From: Clostridiales bacterium
GTDB lineage: Bacteria; Bacillota; Clostridia; Christensenellales; UBA3700
Assembly (NCBI GenBank): GCA_015055975.1
Contig: SVHF01000001.1
Location: 134,752-198,751, forward strand
Direction: 5' to 3'
DNA length: 64,000 nucleotides
Shown here: piece by piece, positions 9,598 to 19,240 of the stretch
Layout of the letters: every line of letters starts with the position of its first letter
Position numbering within the stretch: position 1 is the first letter of the stretch
Made by a program: the position numbers and the translations under genes
The notes under the pieces: model-generated
Told to the model about the DNA's origin: nothing
Seen by the model: only the letters and a program-made list of their open reading frames with translations
The model's database searches: none

Positions 9598-10613
9598 TGA
9601 ACAGTATTTTAGGATTTGATCCTATAGCATTTTCAATCGGTAATATCGATGTCGCATGGTATGGGATTATTGTAACAACAGGTATTATTTGTGCCTTTTT
9701 AATGTTTTTACATATGGGAAAACAACAAGGCCTTATTATTGATTTCACGCTAGAAACTTTTATTTGGGTTCTAGTTTTAGCAGTTATATTCTGTAGAGTA
9801 TTTTATGTTGTCCCAAGAATAGGAACGGAGTACACCGACTTTATCGATATGATAAACATAAGAAATGGTGGCTTAACTATCGTTGGTGGTATTTTTGGCG
9901 GACTATTAGGCATTGCTATTTCTGTTCTTAAAAATAGACAATATCATTTTGTTAGAGTATCTGACGCAGCCGCTCTTCCAGTTTTAGTTGGACAAATCAT
10001 CGGTCGTTGGGGAAATTTCTTTAACCAAGAATTATTTGGATTACCAATTACAAATCCATCTTTCCAACATTTTCCATTTGCTGTATATATTGAAAACCCA
10101 GCAAGATTCTATCCAGGATATGAACCAGGTTGGTATAGTGCATTATTCTTCTACGAAGGTGTTATAAACCTTATAGGTTTAGTTGTTGGATATGTTCTAT
10201 ATAGAAAATTCAAAGATAAGATGAAGCCAGGTACTATTTCTCTATATTATCTTGGATGGTATGGATTAGTTAGAGGTTCATTAGAATTCTTAAAGATAGA
10301 TAATGCGAAAATTGGTAGTTCAAACGTAGGTATGATACAAGTTATAAGCTATGTAATGGCTGCTGTTTGTATCGTGCTTATGGTATTACTTTATACAAAC
10401 AAAATACATTTTGAATCAAAACGCTTTGATGATATAATCGTGGCGCACACAAAAAAGATGCAAGAAAAACTAGCAGCTAAAGGGAAGCTAGTAGTTGTTG
10501 AAGAAGCAGCAACGCAAGAAGTTATAAATGAAGATAAAACGGAAACTACGGTTTCTGAGGCCGAAGCGAATAATGTAGATGTGAATGCTGAGGATAAGGA
10601 TAAAAATAAATGA
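9597..10613 (+). CDS. lgt: Prolipoprotein diacylglyceryl transferase, with acidic C-terminal extension
   Basis: Polytopic. GRWGNFFNQELFG signature. VRGSLEFLK-type C-terminal motif. Confidence 0.9.
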   Translation: MNSILGFDPIAFSIGNIDVAWYGIIVTTGIICAFLMFLHMGKQQGLIIDFTLETFIWVLVLAVIFCRVFYVVPRIGTEYTDFIDMINIRNGGLTIVGGIFGGLLGIAISVLKNRQYHFVRVSDAAALPVLVGQIIGRWGNFFNQELFGLPITNPSFQHFPFAVYIENPARFYPGYEPGWYSALFFYEGVINLIGLVVGYVLYRKFKDKMKPGTISLYYLGWYGLVRGSLEFLKIDNAKIGSSNVGMIQVISYVMAAVCIVLMVLLYTNKIHFESKRFDDIIVAHTKKMQEKLAAKGKLVVVEEAATQEVINEDKTETTVSEAEANNVDVNAEDKDKNK

Positions 10614-12037
10614 GAGATTTAACTTTATTAACAGATTTGTATCAACTTACAATGATGTATGGCTATTCTAAAAATGGCCAAATGAACAAGCAAGCAGTAT
10701 TTGATGTTTTCTATAGAGGTATAGGGAATAATTACGCAATTGCTTGTGGTCTTGAACAAGTCGTTGACTACATCATGAATTTAAAATTTTCAGATGAAGA
10801 TATCGATTATCTAAGATCTAAGAATTTATTCGATGAAGAATTTTTGAGCTTGTTAAAAGATTTTAAATTTACTGGAGATATTTACGCAGTAAAAGAGGGA
10901 ACAGTAGTATTCCCACAAGAACCAATTCTAACAGTTAAAGCAAGACTATTTGAAGCACAATTGGTTGAAACAGCAATACTTTGTATTTTGAATCACCAAA
11001 CATTAATCGCTACAAAAGCTGCAAAGGTAATTTACGCCGCAAATGGCGCAAAAGTCGCAGAGTTTGGGCTAAGACGTGCGCAAGGTCCAGATGCCGGTAT
11101 TTATGGCGCTAGAGCAGCCGTAATCGCAGGATGCGCATCAACATCTAATGTTCTTGCTGGCAAAATGTTTGATGTTCCAATTTCAGGAACACATGCTCAC
11201 GCTTGGGTTATGAGCTTTAATAGTGAATATGACGCTTTCAAGGCATATGCAGATATGTATCCAGATTCTTGCTTATTATTAGTAGATACTTATGACACTC
11301 TAAGGAGTGGTGTTCCAAATGCAATTAAAGTATTTAAAGAATTAAGAGCGTCAGGTCATGAGCCAATTGGTATTAGATTAGATTCCGGAGACTTATCTTA
11401 TCTATCTCAACAAGCAAGAAAAATGCTAGATGAAGCAGGATTTGAAAAAGCTATTATTTGTGCATCTGGCGATATCGATGAAACCGTATTGATGTCTTTA
11501 AATGCTCAAGATGCAAAAATTGATACATATGGTATTGGTACAAAGCTTATAACATCTATGGATTGTCCATCATTAGGTGGTGTATACAAAATGGCAGCTA
11601 TTGAAGAAAATGGCAAACTTGTTCCAAAGCTTAAGATGTCAGATACACCAGGAAAGATTACAAACCCTGGATTTAAAAAGATTGTAAGAATTTATGATAA
11701 TAATTCTAAAAAGGCTCTTGCAGATTTGATTTGTTTGCAAGAAGAGAAGTTTGATGGACTAAACGAATTAGAAATCTTCGATCCAAACTTTACTTACAAG
11801 AGAAAGACAATTACAGACTTTTATACTAAAGAATTAACTACATTAATCATAAAAGGTGGTAAACTAGTATACGATTTGCCAAAGGTTAAGGAAATCGCAG
11901 CTTATCATAAAGAAGCTATAAATGAATTCTGGAATGAATATAAGAGACTTTTAAATCCACATATTTATAAGGTCGATTTATCTCAAAAGCTTTATGATAT
12001 GAAACAAAACTTGCTAAATCAATATTCTAAAAGATAG
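10610..12037 (+). CDS. pncB: Nicotinate phosphoribosyltransferase
   Basis: LLTDLYQLTMMYGY N-terminus, FGLRRAQG, GTHAHAW, about 475 aa. Confidence 0.9.
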   Translation: MRDLTLLTDLYQLTMMYGYSKNGQMNKQAVFDVFYRGIGNNYAIACGLEQVVDYIMNLKFSDEDIDYLRSKNLFDEEFLSLLKDFKFTGDIYAVKEGTVVFPQEPILTVKARLFEAQLVETAILCILNHQTLIATKAAKVIYAANGAKVAEFGLRRAQGPDAGIYGARAAVIAGCASTSNVLAGKMFDVPISGTHAHAWVMSFNSEYDAFKAYADMYPDSCLLLVDTYDTLRSGVPNAIKVFKELRASGHEPIGIRLDSGDLSYLSQQARKMLDEAGFEKAIICASGDIDETVLMSLNAQDAKIDTYGIGTKLITSMDCPSLGGVYKMAAIEENGKLVPKLKMSDTPGKITNPGFKKIVRIYDNNSKKALADLICLQEEKFDGLNELEIFDPNFTYKRKTITDFYTKELTTLIIKGGKLVYDLPKVKEIAAYHKEAINEFWNEYKRLLNPHIYKVDLSQKLYDMKQNLLNQYSKR

Positions 12038-12062
12038 GAAATAGTTTAGGTTTACAACGCCA

Positions 12063-12097
12063 GAAGCTGTTATGGAAACATAACGGCTTCATTTTTT
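12063..12097 (+). terminator. Rho-independent terminator after pncB
   Basis: GAAGCTGTTATG / CATAACGGCTTC 12 bp stem (one G-U), GAAA loop, then ATTTTTT. Confidence 0.8.
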
Positions 12098-12186
12098 ATT
12101 GTTTTTTTGGCAAAAAGAACAATGGGGCATATCTTTTTATATGATAAAATTTACTTGTTAGTAAAATTATTTTATTGGAGGTATAT

Positions 12187-12990
12187 ATGCCACTATTTGA
12201 CGGACTAGAAGAATTTGCAAATGTATCACCAGCATTACAATGGGCAATATTTATTGTTGGCGCTCTAATTATTGTTGTAGCTATGGTATCTGTTGTAATT
12301 TCAATTTGGTTAGCAATTAAATACATAAAATACAATATAAGAACAAACTCTAGTAATCTATGCGGTGGAGATGCTGCAAGAAAGGTTCTAGATGATAACG
12401 GATTACAAAATATTAAAGTATCTGTTGTAGGTTCTATGTTGTTCGGAAACAGTTATTCTCATTACTTTAAAAAGGTAAGAATTAGAAGAAGAACAAATAA
12501 AAAGCCAAGTATTACATCACTTGCAATCGGTGTAGAAAAAGCAGCTTTAGCGGTATTGGATAAAGAGGGCGATCCAGATATGAAGGCAAGAGTTCGATTG
12601 ACTCCACTTGTTTATCTTGGACCTTTTGCTTTCATTCCACTACTTATTATTGGTATAGCAATCGATGTAATATTGTTTAATTTCTCAGGCATCGCTACTG
12701 TTATATCGGTAGTTTTAGGTCTTTTGTTCTATGTTATTTCTTTCGTTTTGTCTATTATGACACTAAAGACAGAAGTTAAAGCTCAAAATAGAGCTTGTGA
12801 TATTATGGAACAAGAGGGAATGGCTACAAGTGAAGAAATCGAAATGATGAGAGAATTGTATAAACTATACAATATTCAATATATCAACGATATTATTTTA
12901 GAATTCTTACAATTACTTCTAAAGGTTCTAGAAATTGTAGCAAAGATTCAAAATGGATCTTCAGCAAGCGCAAGTAGTTCTAGCGATTAA
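12187..12990 (+). CDS. Membrane protein related to YugP/Zn_peptidase_2, apparently lacking the HExxH zinc site
   Basis: GGDAARKVLDDNGLQNIKV and SITSLAIGVEKAALAVLD align by eye with the YugP family, where the second block reads ...AAHExGHAxQ. TM helices at N-terminus and centre. ATG 12187 follows GGAGG. Confidence 0.5.
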   Translation: MPLFDGLEEFANVSPALQWAIFIVGALIIVVAMVSVVISIWLAIKYIKYNIRTNSSNLCGGDAARKVLDDNGLQNIKVSVVGSMLFGNSYSHYFKKVRIRRRTNKKPSITSLAIGVEKAALAVLDKEGDPDMKARVRLTPLVYLGPFAFIPLLIIGIAIDVILFNFSGIATVISVVLGLLFYVISFVLSIMTLKTEVKAQNRACDIMEQEGMATSEEIEMMRELYKLYNIQYINDIILEFLQLLLKVLEIVAKIQNGSSASASSSSD

Positions 12991-13005
12991 TTGATATTTG
13001 CATAA

Positions 13006-13049
13006 TTAAAATGAGGTTGCTAAGTTTTCTTAACAACCTCATATTTTTA
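13006..13049. terminator. Bidirectional terminator between convergent genes
   Basis: ATGAGGTTGCTAAG / CTTAACAACCTCAT stem, flanked by an A-run upstream and a T-run downstream. Confidence 0.75.
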
Positions 13050-13064
13050 TAGCATTAATCTAGA

Positions 13065-14992
<1,928 letters not shown>

Positions 14993-15011
14993 TTTTATGC
15001 CTCCTAATTTT

Positions 15012-15038
15012 TTAGCACTCGCACATTTCGATTGCTAA
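15012..15038 (-). promoter_or_regulatory. CIRCE (HrcA) operator upstream of groES
   Basis: TTAGCACTC-N9-GATTGCTAA against consensus TTAGCACTC-N9-GAGTGCTAA (one mismatch). A TATAAT lies just upstream on the minus strand (about 15048-15058). Confidence 0.9.
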
Positions 15039-15189
15039 TTTTCAAAAAGTATTATACTATATTGGTGTTGAGTTGTAAACATTAAATTTAATAAATTTAT
15101 ATTTATGGCAAAAATGCAGAAATATGCATAGCATATTATATAAAATATGGTATAATCAACACGTAACAAATTTGTGTGAGGTGAAAATT

Positions 15190-15642
15190 ATGAACAAATG
15201 GGACAATAGATTTATGGATATGACTAACTTAGTTTCTACATGGTCATCATGTATAAGAAGACAAGTTGGTGCAATTATCGTAAGAGATAAAAGAATATTG
15301 ACAACAGGATATAATGGAGCTCCAGCAGGTGTTAACTCTTGTAAAGATAAAGGACAATGTTTAAGAATTAATCAAAACATTCCATCGGGCACACGTCAAG
15401 AAATGTGTTATGCAGTGCATGCTGAACAAAATGCAATTTGCCAAGCAGCTAAACTTGGATTATCTTTAGATGGTGCAACATTATATTGTACTCATCAACC
15501 TTGCACAATTTGCGCTAGATTAATAATAAACGCAGGAATAAAGAAGGTAGTATACGATCAAGGATACCCAGATGATTTCTCTTTAGAGTTATTCAAAGAA
15601 GCTGGTGTAGAAATTGTTAAGTATGCGGATTTGGAAAAATGA
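15190..15642 (+). CDS. comEB: dCMP deaminase / ComEB-type zinc cytidine-deoxycytidylate deaminase
   Basis: HAEQNAI ... PCTICARLIINAGIKKVVY zinc motifs. ATG 15190 follows GAGGTG, and the ORF-track start 15124 lacks an RBS. Confidence 0.85.
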   Translation: MNKWDNRFMDMTNLVSTWSSCIRRQVGAIIVRDKRILTTGYNGAPAGVNSCKDKGQCLRINQNIPSGTRQEMCYAVHAEQNAICQAAKLGLSLDGATLYCTHQPCTICARLIINAGIKKVVYDQGYPDDFSLELFKEAGVEIVKYADLEK

Positions 15643-16424
15643 AAATAAAGAAAATACCAAAAGCTAATGAATTGATGTGGGTGCTAGGGGTCATTTTCGT
15701 GGCCCTTGGCGTTAGTATATGCTCAAAAGCAGACTTGGGCGTATCTATGATTGCAGCGCCTGCATTTATCATAAATGATGCAGTACATAGCCTTTGGGAT
15801 GGTTTTTCTGTAGGGATGCTAGAATACTTAGTCCAAGGAGTAATGCTTATTATTCTTTGCATAGTAGTTCGTAGATTCAATTGGAAATATCTACTAGCAT
15901 TTTTAGTTGCTATTATATATGGATACGTTCTTGATTTATGGTTATTAATATTTAAAGACGTATACTTTGAAGAAATCTATATGCAATGGATAATGCTAAT
16001 TGTAGGAGACGCAATAACAGCACTTGGGGTTGCATGCTTTTTTAGAACATATCTACCACTACAAGTTTATGAATTATGTGTTGCTGAAGTATCAGATAGA
16101 TATGGTTTTAAAATTAATAAAACAAAGTGGGCATTTGATGGATTATGCTTAACGGTATCAATTATTCTTGCTTTTTCGCTATCTCAAGATGCAAGCGAGT
16201 TCGATTGGTCTACAATATATAAGGCAAGTTTCCATCATCTAGGACTTGGAACAATTATAACAACTCTTATAAATGCTCCAATTATTGCAGGATGTGGATG
16301 GTTGTTAGATAAGTGCTTTACTTATGAACCATTATTGCCTATAGTAGAAAAATACGTTGGAAGAAATTCAAAAAAAGATATAGAAGTTATTGAAAGCGCG
16401 GAGGTAGAAAATGATCAAAATTGA
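15639..16424 (+). CDS. Polytopic membrane protein (YczE/YitT-like)
   Basis: About 6 TM helices. N-terminal VLGVIFVALGVSICSKADLGVS resembles YczE-type proteins. Start overlaps the comEB stop (ATGA). Confidence 0.4.
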   Translation: MKIKKIPKANELMWVLGVIFVALGVSICSKADLGVSMIAAPAFIINDAVHSLWDGFSVGMLEYLVQGVMLIILCIVVRRFNWKYLLAFLVAIIYGYVLDLWLLIFKDVYFEEIYMQWIMLIVGDAITALGVACFFRTYLPLQVYELCVAEVSDRYGFKINKTKWAFDGLCLTVSIILAFSLSQDASEFDWSTIYKASFHHLGLGTIITTLINAPIIAGCGWLLDKCFTYEPLLPIVEKYVGRNSKKDIEVIESAEVENDQN

Positions 16425-17592
16425 TGTTATATCAGGTTTTTTAGGCGCAGGCAAAACTACGTTAATTAAGAAGTTATTTGAATCTAAAAAGTTCAAAGAA
16501 GAAAAAATTGTTATTATTGAAAACGAATTTGGTGAAATCGGTATCGATGGAACTTTCTTAAAAGATTCAGGAGTTCAAATTAAAGAAATCAATGCTGGAT
16601 GTATTTGTTGTTCTTTAGTTGGCGATTTCGAATCATCAATAAAAGAATTAGTAGAGAAGTTTTCTCCAGATAGAATCATTATTGAGCCATCTGGTGTAGG
16701 TAAACTATCAGATATCATTGGAGCTATAAATAAGGTTCAAGGTCTTGACCTTGAGATTAATATTTTAGCAACAGTTGTAGATGCTGCAAAGACAAAGTTA
16801 TATTTAAAGAATTTTGGTGAATTTTTCAATAACCAAGTAAAAGCTGCAGATACAATCGTAGTTGGTAAAGTAGATAAGGTAAATGAAGAAAAATTACAAG
16901 ATGCAGTAAATGCAATTCGTCAAGTAAATGAAAATGCAAACATCATTACAACAGCTATTGCAGATTTAGATGGAGACAAGATTTTAGCGTTCTTAGAAGA
17001 AAAAGCTTCACTTCGTGAAGAATTGTTAGAAAAGCTACAAAAAGAACACGAAGAAGAATCAGAACACGAGCATCACCACCATCACCATCATTATGATGAA
17101 AACGGAGTATGTTCTTGTGGCCATCATCATGACGATGACGACGATGATGACGATGAAGATGAGCACGAACACCACCATCATCACGATGAAGACGAAGACG
17201 AAGATGAATGCTGCCACCATCACCACCACGATGATGACGACGATGGCGATGAAGATGAGCATGAACATCATCACCATCACCACCATCACCATGGACACGA
17301 TGCAGATGAAATCTTTGAATCTTGGGGCGTAGAGACAGCTCGTTCTTATTCTAAAGAAGAGTTAACAAAGATTTTGGATACTCTTTGTGATGAAAATGCA
17401 GGCTTGGGTATAATCTTAAGATCAAAGGGAATAATTAAAGCTTCAGATATGAATAAGTGGTATTATTTTGATTTAGTAGCTGGAGATTATGATATTAGAG
17501 AAGGTGAACCAGATTACACAGGAAGATTGGTAGTTATTGGTTCTAAGCTAAACGAAGAAAAGATTGAGAACTTGTTCTCGAAGAAGGTATAG
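16411..17592 (+). CDS. COG0523 (CobW/ZigA/YciC-type) G3E metallochaperone GTPase with a His/Asp-rich insert
   Basis: Walker A GFLGAGKTT, metal motif GCICCS, IIEPSGVG, VGKVD. About 90 aa His/Asp/Cys tract at residues 211-299. CobW_C-like tail. Confidence 0.85.
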   Translation: MIKIDVISGFLGAGKTTLIKKLFESKKFKEEKIVIIENEFGEIGIDGTFLKDSGVQIKEINAGCICCSLVGDFESSIKELVEKFSPDRIIIEPSGVGKLSDIIGAINKVQGLDLEINILATVVDAAKTKLYLKNFGEFFNNQVKAADTIVVGKVDKVNEEKLQDAVNAIRQVNENANIITTAIADLDGDKILAFLEEKASLREELLEKLQKEHEEESEHEHHHHHHHYDENGVCSCGHHHDDDDDDDDEDEHEHHHHHDEDEDEDECCHHHHHDDDDDGDEDEHEHHHHHHHHHGHDADEIFESWGVETARSYSKEELTKILDTLCDENAGLGIILRSKGIIKASDMNKWYYFDLVAGDYDIREGEPDYTGRLVVIGSKLNEEKIENLFSKKV

Positions 17593-17593
17593 T

Positions 17594-18550
17594 ATGGAAG
17601 AACAAAGACAAAGAATCCCCGTATTTTTTGTAGATGGATTCTTGGATTCAGGAAAAACGTCTTTTATTATTGATACAATCAAAAATGATTCAAAAGATTA
17701 CAATGTTAGATCTTTATTACTTTGTTGTGAACAAGGCGAAGTTGAATATGAAGAGCAATTCTTAAAAGACACTCTAACTACAGTTAAATATTTCGAATCA
17801 CAAGATGAATTCGATTATAGAAAGATTAGTGAATATATCAAAGAATCTAATCCAGATAGGGTAATTGTTGAATTAAATGGTATGTGGGATTTAACAAAAA
17901 TCCAATTGCCAAGAATTTTGCAAGTAGTACAATTCATGACATTGTTTGATGCACAAACATTCCCAGAATATTTCAACAATATGAGACAAATGGTCGTTGA
18001 TATGATTAAGCGTAGCAGTGTAGCTTGCTTTACTAAATCAACAAGTGATGACTTTATTAAGCCTTATGAGAGTGCTTTGAAGCTTGCTTCAAGTAAATGC
18101 ATGTACATGATAGCTGACAAGGATTTCCAAGGCCATCCAGCCTTTGAAGAAGCTATGCCATATGATTGGGAAGGTGATACTATCACACTTAAAGATGATG
18201 ACTATCCTCCTTTCTATATCGATACATTTGAGCACAAAGAAAGATACGAAGGAAAAGTGTTGGATTTTGATTGCGTAGCAGTAAAGAGCAAAATACTTGC
18301 AAAGAATCAATTTATTGCAGGTAGATTCATTATGAACTGTTGTGCAAATGATATTCAATTATACGGATTCTTGGTAGACGGAGATTTAGGTCTAAAGATT
18401 AAAGATAGAGCTACAATGCATGTAAAAGCAAAGATAGAATATGTTTGGTCAGATGAATACAAAGAAGAAGAATTGGTTTTGAAACCAATTGAACTTATAG
18501 AAGTTCGAGGAAAAGACCTATCTAAAGTATTAGACTTAACAGGGAATTAG
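17594..18550 (+). CDS. Divergent COG0523-like G-domain fused to a DUF1980/TIGR03943-like C-terminal domain
   Basis: GFLDSGKTS P-loop, LLCCEQG, VELNGMWD. C-terminal GRFIMNCCANDIQLYGFLV resembles the CCxxD motif of YcgQ/DUF1980 proteins. ATG 17594 lies directly after the upstream stop. Confidence 0.5.
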   Translation: MEEQRQRIPVFFVDGFLDSGKTSFIIDTIKNDSKDYNVRSLLLCCEQGEVEYEEQFLKDTLTTVKYFESQDEFDYRKISEYIKESNPDRVIVELNGMWDLTKIQLPRILQVVQFMTLFDAQTFPEYFNNMRQMVVDMIKRSSVACFTKSTSDDFIKPYESALKLASSKCMYMIADKDFQGHPAFEEAMPYDWEGDTITLKDDDYPPFYIDTFEHKERYEGKVLDFDCVAVKSKILAKNQFIAGRFIMNCCANDIQLYGFLVDGDLGLKIKDRATMHVKAKIEYVWSDEYKEEELVLKPIELIEVRGKDLSKVLDLTGN

Positions 18551-18551
18551 C

Positions 18552-18586
18552 AAAAAAATTGGACGCTCGAAAGCGTTCAATTTTTT
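18552..18586. terminator. Bidirectional terminator shared by the COG0523 operon (+) and the SRP RNA (-)
   Basis: A7 - ATTGGACGCT cgaa AGCGTTCAAT - T6. Confidence 0.8.
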
Positions 18587-18594
18587 AGTGCAAG

Positions 18595-18862
18595 ACTGTG
18601 CATCCTTTTTCGATAGTATATACCCAAGTGGTACAAAAGTAGTTAACTCCCTTAAAGCTACCTCGTGGCACATCGAACAATCTGCTTAATGCTGCTGCGA
18701 TCAAGCCCTGACATGGTTCACAGCGTTCAATTGCACAAGACCTTAATATCAACATCACTTGCTTAAGGCAAACCTTACATATATAAAACCTAGAAAGGCA
18801 TTCGGTCCTGCTAGAGCGGATTGCAGATACAGGGCACCGCTAACTCCCCACCTAGCACAGTA
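18595..18862 (-). ncRNA. ffs: Signal recognition particle RNA, long Bacillus type with Alu domain (scRNA/ffs); ends approximate
   Basis: The reverse complement reads GTGCTAGGTGGGGAGTTAGCGGTGCCCTGTATCTGCAATCCGCTCTAGCAGGACCGAATGCC and TGAACCATGTCAGGGC...GCAGCAGCATTAAG. As I recall it, this closely parallels B. subtilis scRNA. 5'/3' pairing ACTGTGC/GCACAGT. Confidence 0.85.
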
Positions 18863-18867
18863 TCCAT

Positions 18868-18897
18868 ATTATAGTGATTTTGACCTTTAAATGTCAA
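18868..18897 (-). promoter_or_regulatory. Promoter of the SRP RNA gene
   Basis: On the minus strand, TTGACA (18897-18892), 18 nt spacer, TATAAT (18873-18868). Confidence 0.7.
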
Positions 18898-18944
18898 TAA
18901 TGTTGCGTGTGAGACAATAAAATATTATTATATAAAAGCAACGT

Positions 18945-19020
18945 AGGGGTATCGCCAAGTTGATAAGGCATGGGATTCTGACTCCCACATTCGCAGGTTT
19001 GAGTCCTGCTACCCCTGCCA
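18945..19020 (+). tRNA. tRNA-Gln (anticodon CTG), CCA encoded
   Basis: Hand-folded cloverleaf. Acceptor AGGGGTA/TACCCCT, anticodon stem TGGGA/TCCCA with loop TTCTGAC (CTG at 18978-18980), T arm GCAGG-TTTGAGT-CCTGC, discriminator G + CCA. D arm GCCAAG..GGC is typical of tRNA-Gln. Confidence 0.85.
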
Positions 19021-19032
19021 AAATAATCTTCA

Positions 19033-19065
19033 AGAGTTGATGCAAAGTGTCAACTCTATTTTTTT
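19033..19065 (+). terminator. Rho-independent terminator after tRNA-Gln
   Basis: AGAGTTGA / TCAACTCT stem followed by ATTTTTTT. Confidence 0.8.
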
Positions 19066-19240
19066 ATAAATTATTTAATATCTTTAACTAAAATTTAAGT
19101 AGGGGCAAGAAAATATAGTTGCATCAAGCAAATAAAAGCGAGATTAAATAACCCCTCAACATTATTTTTTCAGAAAGTTTGGCTCATATTGGGCCAAATT
19201 TTTTTGCAATAAATAAGGGCTGATTTCTCAGCCCCGAATA

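Noticed and set aside
15124-15189. Longer N-terminal extensions offered by the ORF track. Examples: 15124 for comEB, 17564, 22063, 24801, 31259, 32305, 39703, 45371, 50375, 51535, 55557, 61276, 8215, 12175.
   Set aside because: In each case an internal ATG preceded by a GGAGG-like RBS, or placed directly after the upstream stop, gives an N-terminus matching the family. The extensions use TTG/GTG or overlap the upstream gene heavily.
17059-17332. ORFs 17059-17298 (-) and 17093-17332 (+) inside the COG0523 gene.
   Set aside because: They are artefacts of the CAC/CAT/GAT/GAC codon repeats of the His/Asp tract read in other frames. The translations are M/V/I/T low complexity.
19066-19240. Possible small RNA between tRNA-Gln and mgtC: a long-range AGGGG...CCCCT pairing followed by ATTATTTTTT, plus a TTTGGC...GCCAAA hairpin with a T7 run.
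   Set aside because: - There is no recognisable promoter or known RNA motif.
- The hairpins are adequately explained as terminators for the tRNA read-through and for mgtC (GGGCTGA/TCAGCCC at 19217-19234).
- This is insufficient evidence for a gene.
18945-19240. tRNA-Gln as an integration hotspot, or a genomic island next to it.
   Set aside because: No integrase, no direct repeat of the tRNA 3' end, and no foreign-looking genes follow. The next gene is mgtC on the opposite strand.
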